NCBI GenBank assembly: GCA_965655095.1
Contig: OZ296649.1
Span: 79,236,001-79,300,000, forward strand
DNA: 64,000 nt
Source: Haplodiscus bocki
Taxonomy: Eukaryota
Reading direction: 5' to 3'
Part shown: piece by piece, positions 11,201-21,238 of the stretch
Position numbering within the stretch: position 1 is the stretch's first letter
Layout of the letters: each line of letters starts with the position of its first letter
Notes under the pieces: model-generated
Databases searched by the model: none
Seen by the model: only the letters and a program-made list of their open reading frames with translations
Told to the model about the DNA's origin: nothing
Made by a program: the position numbers and the translations under genes

Positions 11201-13300
11201 GATCCTTAAAACTATGAAGCCAATGGAGCGCTCGTGGTTCGTATTGATCTCGAATCGTCGGCCAAGAAGGTAGTGCTTGAGGTGTCTGGTGTGATCGACT
11301 ATAGCTAAAACTTCTCGCTTTGTTGTCGAGTAGCGACTTCGGGTTTTGCTGAGAATTTCGGAAGCCTAACAAATGACTCGTTCGAGGCCATTCCGTGCTT
11401 AAGCCAGGACGGCACCGATGGCAAACTGACTTGCGTCAGTATACAGGTTGAATGGCTTTTTCATTGAGGGAAGGTTAAAATAGGTGACGAAGTGAGACAA
11501 TCTTTCAGTTGTTCAAAAGTCTGTTGGGCTGCTGAATTCCAATAATATCCTTTGATTTCCTCGGCTAGCTGATGAAGAGGTCGAGCAGTCGCTGCGAAAT
11601 CGCGAAGGTACCTTCGATAGTAGGGTCAGAGTACCAAGAAACATTCAACCTCAGTAACCGATTGCGGTACTGGATACTGGCGCACAGCTAAAGTTGTAGC
11701 TGGATCGGCTTGAATTCTATCTCGACTGATAATGTGACCCAAGAAAAGCACATATGGCCAGTGAAACTCACATTTAGGCGAATTGATTTTCAAGTTTGCG
11801 TCTTTGAAGTGTTGGAAGACCTCTGGAAATCTCTCAATGTGTCCCTAAAAAGTTCGAGAATGAATAACGCAATCGTCTAAGTATGAACTTGTGATTTTCC
11901 ACGTAAGGCCGATCAGGACTTTTTCCATTAGAGATTGGAAAACGGTAGGACTGAGCGTGAGATCCATTGGCATAAAGAGCCACTTGAAACAACCAAGCAG
12001 AGTACTGGATGCTGTATAATCTTGACTACTCGTTTCTAAAGGAAGCTGGTAGAAACCCCATGACATGTCGATAGTTGAGAAGTAGCAACTTCCTTCCAAA
12101 GTTTCGAAGGCTTTTTTCAACAGAAGGCAATGGCCAGCAAGATTTGACTGTTTGTTTGTTCAGTTGTCGATAGTCGATGACCAACCTGAGTTTACCATTT
12201 TCCTGCGGGACCAACATAGCTGGTGAGATATAGGGACTGTGGCATTGTGTTACCAATTTGTGTTCTAAAATTTTGTCGATCTTTTGACGTAGATCTTTTT
12301 CAAAATGCGCGTGCATTCGGCGATTGGGTATTTTCGCCCGTTTCTAGCCCGGATAAAGTTCAATCCTATTCTGAACAAGATCGCTTTTGCCATTATCCTA
12401 TTCTGATTTCGAGAACACGTCGGAAAATATGCGAAGGAGCCGCGCGGACTGTGCCTGAATATGTGGATCCATGGAAGAGTTAGTTTGTTTCAACTCTTCC
12501 TTAACGTCGTACTTATCTGGAACCTGGCCTCGATGGTGGTCCGGCAGGTCTGCGATGACTCGATTCATTGCCGCTATTTCAGCGGACCCAACCACGGAAA
12601 AAACTTCCCAGGGACGTGCCTTTGTAAAGAGTTACATCTTCAACAGCATTAATGAGGCGCGTTGGTATCATCTCCTCTGACTCACGAAGAGAACTGAAGG
12701 CTAATGACTCATGTTTCTCGCAAAGTGCGGGTGATGTCTCAGAAATACCCTGGATTTCTCCGCAAAACTCTGGGTGAGTAGCTCACCCATGATCACCGCG
12801 TCATGATCAGCTGGAATGAATGTGGTTTCTCGTGCAAAGGCAGTTGCTTGTTCAGTAGAAGGATCCGACGGAGCTTACGGCTATGAAACGAAAGAATTGT
12901 CTGAGAATTGGGGATATGAGTTGCATGCTAGAGGAAAGAGCAACACAGTGATTTTCTTCGAGGAAGTCTAAATCAAGAAGATATTCAGCTTCTGACGACT
13001 TTAACACAAAGAACTGTTGCTGGTATCGGTTGCTAGCGAGGGATATCGGCAATATTACTCAGCCCGAAACTGGTAATTCAGCTTGATTTGCGGCCAAAAG
13101 TCGTCGATGGGCTGGTTGAAGCTGTTTCTAGATGTTGACAGGAAGTTGTTTCAAAAGCTGTTGGCCAATGGAAGACACTAGCGCCAAAATCGCAAAATGT
13201 TCTAACTGAGGAGCTACACACCTCAAAATTCACAAAGACACCTTTGTGGTCTATGACAGAATTGAGACTAGCTTGTTATCTATTGAGACGATGGAGATCC
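8270..13300 (-). pseudogene. pol: pol polyprotein (aspartic protease, RT, RNase H, macrodomain, integrase, S/P-rich tail), disrupted
   Basis: Protease: FCDFGAS (~13190). RT: SPYISPAMLV..GKLRLVIDYRQLN, YFSTIDMSWGFYQ and YLDD (11845-12316). RNase H: FNLYTDASQFAIG (~11440). Integrase: SIDFLGP, SDQGPNF and HPQSSAVIERTN (9495-9980). Confidence 0.93.
10337..10742 (-). pseudogene. TARG1/OARD1 (Poa1p-like) macrodomain embedded in pol between RNase H and integrase
   Basis: Hand translation across frameshifts gives VIEQQGDLVDF*HSKAHSISID..LAAGLAKQIR..KFVFHLIVEPRYF..PTYRSLTKATLVLRDHM..GIPHLSCGLDKLQ*TELQKI..EIFRESNLELTVFTL. This follows TARG1 (GDLF..LAHCISED.MGAGIA..YYLITK..KPTY..L..MPRIGCGLDRLQW..IEEVF..ITVYTL) from end to end. 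Confidence 0.85.
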
Positions 13301-13329
13301 ACTGCGTAGCTACCTCGCTTATGCGCAGG

Positions 13330-14310
13330 CTGCTTTAATTCAAAGGTTGGGACCGACTGCGGCAATCACGCTCAAAATGTCACGCGCGCCCACATTTGAA
13401 GCAGGCTTTACAGTCATTGATCTCATGATTTTTACGATCGCAACATTGGCATTGTTTCTTGGAGTCGGTGCCAGAGGTGTTGAAATTCACTCAATTGTTG
13501 GAATTGTGCGATTGGCCTCGATTGAGGGTGGTACCTCGGTTATTGGTACAATTTCTTTGGTTTTAGTTCCAATTGCGGCGCTGGCCTTGATTAGCGTGGT
13601 TGAACGCCGAATGTGGCGATCGGCTGGTTGTGGGACATTCACCATTGCGGCCTCGCTGTGGGGGACCGCTCTGTTCATATACAGCTCCTTTACCTTCTTC
13701 GTTGTTGCTGAAAATGAGATCGGAAAGAGTTGGCTTTGATACGTCGAAGGACCGGTCAAATTTTTAACAGACGCCTCGGAAATGTTGGGCTGCTGGCTGT
13801 GGAGGTTTGAGTAGGATTGAATTTCAAGCGCCAAACTGACTGCGTCTTCAACCATTGTTGATTTAGCTTTTCGTTTTTGCCAGCCAACGAAAAAATTGGC
13901 CAACCCTTCGATGAATGAGGCGAGGAGTTCATTGCGCACAGCATCATCGGTATAAGCTTTTCCTGCCAGGTCAGTGAGTGTCCGGCAGAAAGCGGACACA
14001 TCTTCGCCCGATAGTTTGCCAAGAGGTTTGACTTGGGCCTTCAAGACGTCGGTGTTGGGTTTGTATTGTTGCCGGAAGAGGTGCTTGAGTTCATCGTAGC
14101 TGCCTTTTGGGGCAGTGGTCAGGTACCGGTAAAAAGTAAGAGCATCACATATGAAGCGGGCAGAAAAGAGATGGGGCGTGAGTCGGGAGTCAGAACGACC
14201 CAATTGGAAAGCGTGGAAGCGGCCTCTAATTGTGTAAGAAAGTGTCATATCTGTGAAACCACCGAAGGATGGCGGTAAAGGCAGGAATAGTTAGGTGCAG
14301 GTGCAGTCAT
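13330..14310 (-). pseudogene. gag: gag (capsid plus two CCHC zinc knuckles), frameshifted
   Basis: ORF 13487..14248 reads YDELKHLFRQQY..FIEGL. Hand translation of ~13355-13455 gives CQCCDRKNHEINDC and CFKCGRV[1-nt loss]HFERDC, both C-x2-C-x4-H-x4-C. Confidence 0.85.
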
Positions 14311-14653
14311 TGTCAGTAATACAGAATGGTTTTAGAGGAGCAAGGTTATCCGCCGCTAGCACATTTTCTTAGACATATAGTCGAGTACTTCATAAAGTTC
14401 ATGTTCGTGTAACGCAAAAGCAAAAACAGTTTTATCGCGATAAACATGCGGGCAATAATGAAGATCAGTCCAGGTTTGAGTTTTCGGGAAAATGTGTAGT
14501 TTTTCTTCAGACTAGCTGGGAGCAGGCGACGCATAAGTGGCGCTCCATCGGTAGGACATCAGAGTTCATGGACGACCAGTGGGAACTGGAGATCAAGAGG
14601 AAACCAACAAAAGTTGAGAGGAATGACAGGAGTGCCGAGCATCAGAGAGTGAA

Positions 14654-15382
14654 CTATTGAAAGTGGGAGAAGGAAACGGTCAATAAATTGGAATGTAAAC
14701 TCAGTGGGAGCGTAGTTGTTTTCCGATACTGAAAAACCTCTGCGTAAACCGGTGGAAACGTACGGGACGAAACGGTACGAGGAGGCGACTCGGGTTCTGT
14801 AAGATGTGTGGACATGAAGTGCGGAACGTTTAACCAGACGAAGCGGGCGTGATTGTCACCTAAGTTGACGTCGAGGCGGTAGAGACGGGGAGGAACTAGA
14901 CGGAATTGCAAGCGGAGTGGGCGAACACCACGGGAAAACAGCCGCGAGGCGTTGATTCAAAATCAAATGTTGCAAATGGATGATCCAGGCAGCAGCTAAC
15001 AAAGAAAAATGGCCATCTTTTGCGGAAGCGGAAGTACGGAACTGCAAGTATGACAGAGTGAGTGATTCTTAAAAAGTGTTTGCTTAATGTTGGCGGAGGA
15101 GTCCTGTATGAAGGAAACCAATTGTGACGCGGGGACCGGTTGACTTGAACCTAACTGAGCTAACTGAAAATCGAACGGAAGTTGTGCTTGAACAGACTGA
15201 CAAAAATAACACGGGATGGCGAGTGGGACGAGACCGGAGTAAAGTGGAGAATAATGTTTGAAAAACATCCAATAATAACTTTTTGGAACGGATAGAGCCA
15301 CGTCGCAACGACGGTTGCAAAATCGAAACCGGTACTTTCGGTAACCTTAAGAAAGAATCTCAGTGTAAGACTGGAACTTCAT
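14654..15382 (-). pseudogene. Extra Cys-rich ORF upstream of gag (ORF0), disrupted
   Basis: ATG at 15382 is in frame with ORF 14996..15301 through one stop. It contains FCNRRC, CYFC and CHTC and continues by frameshifts into ORF 14654..14911. Confidence 0.45.
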
Positions 15383-15637
15383 TTAGCCTAAATCTAGCTG
15401 TTCTGGTACGGTAGAAATGGAATTTGGCTACTTTATGTATTTTTCAATGGTATTTGATCTGTTCAATTGACGGTACTCTCCTTGAAAACGCCGGAATGAA
15501 CCTATTTTCGCTGATTCAGAGTTCTAAGACTCGGGGTTGTCTCAATTTTGATCTCAAAAATTCAGAACAGCCGAAAGAAATTAATACCTGAGGTTGCAAA
15601 TGCAACAAAGGTGAAAAGAACTGGATGAATCAGGTTC

Positions 15638-15655
15638 GCAAACACACTGTCACCA
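15638..15655 (-). promoter_or_regulatory. Putative primer binding site
   Basis: The minus strand reads TGGTGACAGTGTG.. 5 nt inside the 5' LTR, and TGG pairs with the tRNA CCA end. The cognate tRNA was not identified. Confidence 0.55.
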
Positions 15656-15660
15656 GTTTC

Positions 15661-16210
15661 TATAGCGTTCCTTAGCGTGGGAAGCTATTTGTTGTTGGTT
15701 AGGATCAGACTTGAATTTTTTTGTACTTTTCTAATAAAGAGATTTATTTTTTGCCGGATTAAAGAGTTAAATTTGGGAGATATTGACGACTAACTTTTCT
15801 TCAGATGGTTAACAACAGTAAGATTAGAGTATTTTTCTCCAAATCGGTTACAAATTTACAATCACTATAAACTGTGAGTTGTACAAATTTTATTGGAAGC
15901 GATAAATATTTTGAGTCTGCCCCATTTCAAAATGCCGATAGGCGACGTTGTTCAACGGTTCGGTTGAGCGAAGAAAATCATTCAAAATATGTTTGTCCAA
16001 TAAAAAACTTATTAAGGACTCGCGGTTGCACGAAGGGAGATGATTGATATTACTGCTACACGATTAAAAACGAGAGGAAGTTAACTAAAAACAAAATGGG
16101 AAGCCTGGAAATAAAATGTCTGCCTTAGAAACAAAATAAATTCAATGACCGAAAAGAAAAATTATGCAATGTCCGTTAATAATTTGAATGTAAAGTTTTG
16201 AGTTCTTATA
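15661..16210 (-). repeat. 5' LTR
   Basis: Direct repeat of 3698-4254 (tatagcgttccttagcgtggg...aaagttttgagttcttat). Its outer edge abuts a HINE-like insertion starting at ~16213. Confidence 0.9.
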
Positions 16211-16212
16211 CT

Positions 16213-16728
16213 AACAAGACGGCCGGTTATCCCCGGCATATTTTGCGCCTTCCCATTTTGCTGAAAATGCACTTTCAAAAGATGAGAACGTTTTGTTTTT
16301 GCCTTGAAAAAAAACACTCTTTCTTCATCTTATTTTCTAATTTTTCCAACGTTCAAACTTTTTTTGATTTTTTTGTCAAAAAAACCTCATAATTAGAGCG
16401 GAAAAGACATTTTTAAATAATACCATTCGATACGCATTCCAAACCAAATTTGCTATTTTTAGCGATTTTGAAAAAATTCAAAAATTTTCACGAGAAACAC
16501 ATTTCTTGCGAAAAAACCCAAATTTTTGAACGTTTCGAGAAATCTTACTATTTCAGTCGCAATCTACGGCGAATTTGCAACAATTTAATGAAAAAAATTC
16601 AGACACGTGAACAACCGTTGTTGGCTCGTTTACACGAGCTAAATTGGCAAACATCGGGTAAAAAAACGGACCTATTGGAGAGGAAGATTTTGCTTTCATA
16701 TTCTTAAGAATATGTCGCAAAATAACAA
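16213..16728 (+). mobile_element. HINE/Helentron-like non-autonomous element, family A
   Basis: Starts AACAAGACGGCCGG. Subterminal inverted repeat tattttgcg/cgcaaaata and 3' palindrome CATATTCTTAAGAATATG (16697-16714). Confidence 0.6.
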
Positions 16729-16757
16729 TGTACATCACTGGTGGAGACAATGAACTG

Positions 16758-17449
16758 GCCCGGGTTGAAGTCCAAAAGATAACGCTGAACAGAGCAGTTT
16801 CAGAGATTTGGCGTTTTTCAGCGCTCATTCAGAGGACATGAAAAGCATCAGCGTTGATGAGCGCTGTTTCAGAGCTGATCAACTCTGATTTTCTTTGAAT
16901 CAGGAGTGTTCAGAACTGAAAATTTCAGCGTTCTTTTAGAGATTCACCGCTGTTCAGTGCTGATTTTCTTACCTCTGAAACATTAGGTTTTCAGTGCTGA
17001 ACAGCGCGGATTTACTCTGAATCGGCTCTGATATTAACACATAAGATTATCAAAATGTGATGATGCACTCAGAAGTGATGAAAACGCATGCAGTGGTCAT
17101 TACAACGGCATTCTTGGCATTAAAAAAATTAAATTTCCTCAATATTCTGCAAAATGACAGTGAAAACTCATATTCTTCTAAATACTCTTGAAAGTTCATC
17201 CCACTGAATGGGTGAATGCGTCTGAAAATTTGAACTATGTCAGTTTTACTTGAGCAGTAACAGAAACCCAAAATTTCGAGTTTTTGTTTTTGGACCGGAA
17301 GAAGATTGGACAACTACTTTTTTATTGTCCACTTCTTTTCGCTAATTGCGTTGATTATCAGGAATGTTATTCTGACTCCGTCAAAAATCAGTGCTGTTTC
17401 AGAGATGTTCAAGTTTCAAGAACTGAAACATTTCTGAATCAGCTTAGGG
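16758..17449. repeat. Probable non-autonomous DNA element rich in CAGCGCTG/TTCAGAG motifs
   Basis: Recurring cagcgct/cagtgctg motifs at both ends, with weak terminal complementarity. Confidence 0.35.
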
Positions 17450-17740
17450 TTGGCTGCTGTATTAAATTGTGCTGCGCCGGGGAAGGTGACCATGAACTAG
17501 GTGGATGCGATGGAGGGGGGAGATTGTGAACTTGGTCCACAAGAACATAGCGACAAGGGATTGGAAGTACATGTACACACCATTGTACTGACTAAACAAA
17601 AAGTCCTGTTGAGTCGAGCGATTTTTCATAACAGTTGCCAATTTTTATCGGTACCTATTTCATTCCAAATTTTACAGCATGCAGTTTTATGTTACAGACA
17701 ATATAAATGTTACAGCTACTTCAAAGGGTTTGCTGTTGCA

Positions 17741-18133
17741 CCCAGACACCGCGAAATTTTGCTGCCCTCAAACCGAAATTCTGCTGCCGCCCGAAATGAA
17801 ATCTGCTTTTTTCTGCTTTTTGGAAATTTCCTTGGAAAATTAATGAAAATATTATTTTCAACGCAGCAAATGCTCTCCGACCAAAAATTATGGAATCATG
17901 AACTGTTTTGAATATTTTTCAGGTGGCTTTTTGTTGGATTTCTCAATGTAGTATTCCATTGTACGTCAAAATTCTCAGTTACATGTTCTTTTACTTTATG
18001 GGAAGACGAGACTTTTTCTGATTTTTCCGTTAAAAGCAGAGCATAAATATGAAATTTTTCCATTCTTCTTAATCTGCTCTGAATGGTAAATTCTGCTGTT
18101 TTCTGCTCGCAGCAGATTGTCGCAGTGTCTGGT
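17741..18133. mobile_element. MITE with ~25-bp TIRs
   Basis: Left end CCCAGACACCGCGAAATTTTGCTGC and right end GCAGCAGATTGTCGCAGTGTCTGGT, with TGCA on both flanks as a possible TSD. Confidence 0.65.
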
Positions 18134-20970
18134 TGCACCGCAGTTGGGGCAATTTAGTTTTGCATTGTTTCATTGCATTGCTGTTGCACGTCGTGCAGTG
18201 ACTTTAGCGGCTGTTGTTTAGAGAAGTTGTTGCGGTGTTTTATTGACATCAATTTTAAAATTGTTGTGCTGGATTCGCTTCAGTTCTTTCAGTTGTACAA
18301 AACTGTTGTATTTTCTGGCCTATCATATCCATTTTTACACTACTCTATGTTCTACATCGTGTCTATCGTCCTGTAAGAAATGCAATTACAAACTCAAACC
18401 GTAGAGTTGTTCCTGCTAAAAAAATTAACAGATACTGTCGTGCTTCGATTCTATGGAATGGACTTAATGGCTTTTACAGCTCGAATCAAATCCATGCATC
18501 TCATATCACATCAACTCAAGAACTTATCGCATTGCCCTTCTCCTGTCAGAAAAGCTAACAACTAACACGTTTCAGCAGCAACACAGCAATGCAATGATAC
18601 ACTTGCACTCTACTGAATTTTGAATAAAAAATACACTTATGCTTTTAAAGGCGTTCAATTGAGTTTATCCCAGTGCTGCAAAAATAAACATACCAACTGC
18701 TCCTCTGCCGTTCGATCGTTCATCATCGCAGACAGCAGACAATTTTTCTCTTTTTCTTTATAGCAGCTTCCGCTCTTACATTATTTTTTCTTCACGTACT
18801 TCCTCAAAATCCCATTCCATCATTTGTATAGCACATCCTACGCACTCTATTTTTGTGGCTTCTTAATTTTTGTCTCGCGGCTACAGCAGTGAGAGATGTA
18901 ACAAAAACTTGCAGTAGCTGTGAAAAAGGAAAATTATTATCAGCGTTGGTAATTAAAACGCAGAGAGGCAGCAGCGTCATGGTGGAAGTGAAAAGATAAG
19001 ATTTCACGAGGAATCCATTCATTCATTCAGATAAGAAGGAAGAAAGACAAAGAGAAAGAAATCATGGATTGCTATACTTATCCCTCCTTTGCTTTCATCC
19101 CTCCTTGTTTTCAAAATAACGGAGGAACTGATCCCTTGCTCAGCTCAGCTGATTCTGTAACAAATACTACTGTATAGTAATAATACTAGTAATAGTAAAA
19201 GTAATAGTTGTTAAATAAGTTGTACCCAGGAAGCAATGGGGGCATCATTATTACTGCACTAGTAGGAGTTGGGAAGAAGTTATAAATTTTAAAGCTAACT
19301 TACTACTCCTCGTTATCATTTCCCATTTTTCTTCTTGTCTCTTGTTCTTTCTCAGCTATCCCTCCCTCCCTTTAGCCTAGCGCTTCCCTGTCCTCTTATA
19401 CCTGTATAACTACACTTGTTTTCTGTCTCGTATCCCCGCCTCGTCATACAATCTTGCGGGCTTACGCAGCAACTATACAGATACATTATCAATCGGCGAA
19501 CCGATCCTCGGTGGCCGTCCTGCCTCGCCATATACGATTGCAGGCATCACTCGTCGTGTCCAATCTGCAACTAGGTATAAAAAGAAAATGCATGGTTGAA
19601 GTTCAGCATTGCAGCAATAGTTGTCGGAGAAGCTGACTGACAAAGTACTGTCTGCTGCATCAGCCTGTTTACCTTTTGTGTTTGTGTACTTTAAAAAATT
19701 CTCCCGCAATTGACTGAATAATCGTGAAAAGTAGACAAATATATGCAATATGACCTGTTGTCGCTGGACTTGGGTATCGGAGGCGGATGCAGCTTCGGCA
19801 GACTGATACTCAACTCGGAAAAGGCCGTTGGCGGATATTTCCATTTTGATTCAATATCCTTATGCACACAAGACAAATTTCTACATAATTATTTTCTCAG
19901 TTGTCAACGTCTTATTGACATCTTCGCCACTCTTTTTTTTGCTAATTTCCACATCATTCCCCTATTTCCCGCCATTTTCCCAAATATCCTCTTACCTGAG
20001 GCTGCTAAGACTTCCTCTGCTGCTGTTATTTTTTCGTGAACCCTACGGCGAAAGCAGGAAACGACGAACAGTGTAAAGTGCACAAGAAAGAACAAAAAAA
20101 ACGAAAAAGAAGGATTTTCAGAAAATTGAACTGCTGCTCATGTTGCATCATTATTTTGGTTGAATATAAAATTCTAATTGGTTCACAACTAACTGGCTCC
20201 TCGATGTTGCTCCTCGATTCTTCCTGTTCAACAGTTTTCGTCATTTGCTTTTTCCTCACATCTGATCAATGGTTTTATAGTCGCGGCCGCCGCGGCTCAC
20301 AAATTATTGCATACACACACGCCGCGCTTTTATTTTGCTTAATCTTCCCTAAAATTATCAGTTTACTTTACTTTCTTTTTCCATATTCTCAGTTCTGCGC
20401 AGTGATCTAATCAAACGAAACGTAGTTGCAAGTAGTCAAGTAGTCGCTGTGCATTTAATCGTAGCTTCAATCAACCTCAAAGATGACCGTTTTTCAAGAC
20501 GATGCAACACGTTATTCTTTGTTGTGGCTAAACACTTGCATTTACTATAAAAACAGCGCAACCAGTAGTTTTGCTGTACATGTAGATGCGGATCACTACT
20601 ACGACAGACTACAAATGTATCATTGCGGTTACTGCTTTATTATTTCAATATTTATTAAACCGATTATTGAAAATAAACAAAAACATGGTCTTTAAAATGT
20701 TTACAAATCTAGTCGACCATCTTCTATCCTATGCTATCATTCTTTGCAGACTGTTTGCTGCTTGTAGAGCAACGATTTCACTGTCGACGTTGTTGATGCA
20801 TCCATCTTAACTTAAACTTCAAACTTACTACCATTCATTCATTAACTAACCCAACGAACCATTGCAAGAAGTGCATCTATCAGTATAGGTCAGCTTCGAG
20901 TGTTTAACTGAGGCCAAGGTCTCTGTACGTTCTGCGAAAATCGAGAACTTGTACTGTCACGTAACAAGTG

Positions 20971-21238
20971 ATGTCTCATCATGAATTTTACCCTTACACA
21001 CCTTTAACCAACTCCACAAACGTGGCTTCCTCTGCGTTTGACCCCTCAACTCAACTTCGCACACCTGTGATGGATCACCATTGGCGCAACTACCCTTTCT
21101 CGCCCCACCTTCCCCCTCGCAATTACATGCAACATGGCATTTTCGTAGAAGGTCCCCAAACTCCCGTGAAGTACTTGACTACTCGCAATTACCACCAGCA
21201 CACGCAGAGTTATCTTATTGATTCTATTTTATCTCAAG
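20971..21238 (+). CDS. TENM: Teneurin putative exon 1 (intracellular domain)
   Basis: ATG 20971 opens a Pro/His-rich frame. The donor CAAG|GTAAG is phase 1, matching the acceptor at 29214. Confidence 0.55.

Larger units (their letters stand above)
3698..16210 (-). mobile_element. Full-length degenerate Ty3/Gypsy LTR retrotransposon / endogenous retrovirus-like element with env and accessory ORFs
   Basis: Two ~550-bp direct repeats (3698-4254 and 15661-16210) flank minus-strand gag, PR-RT-RH-IN (Gypsy domain order) and env-like frames. A PBS-like TGG lies next to the 5' LTR. The internal frames carry many stops and frameshifts. Confidence 0.95.
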
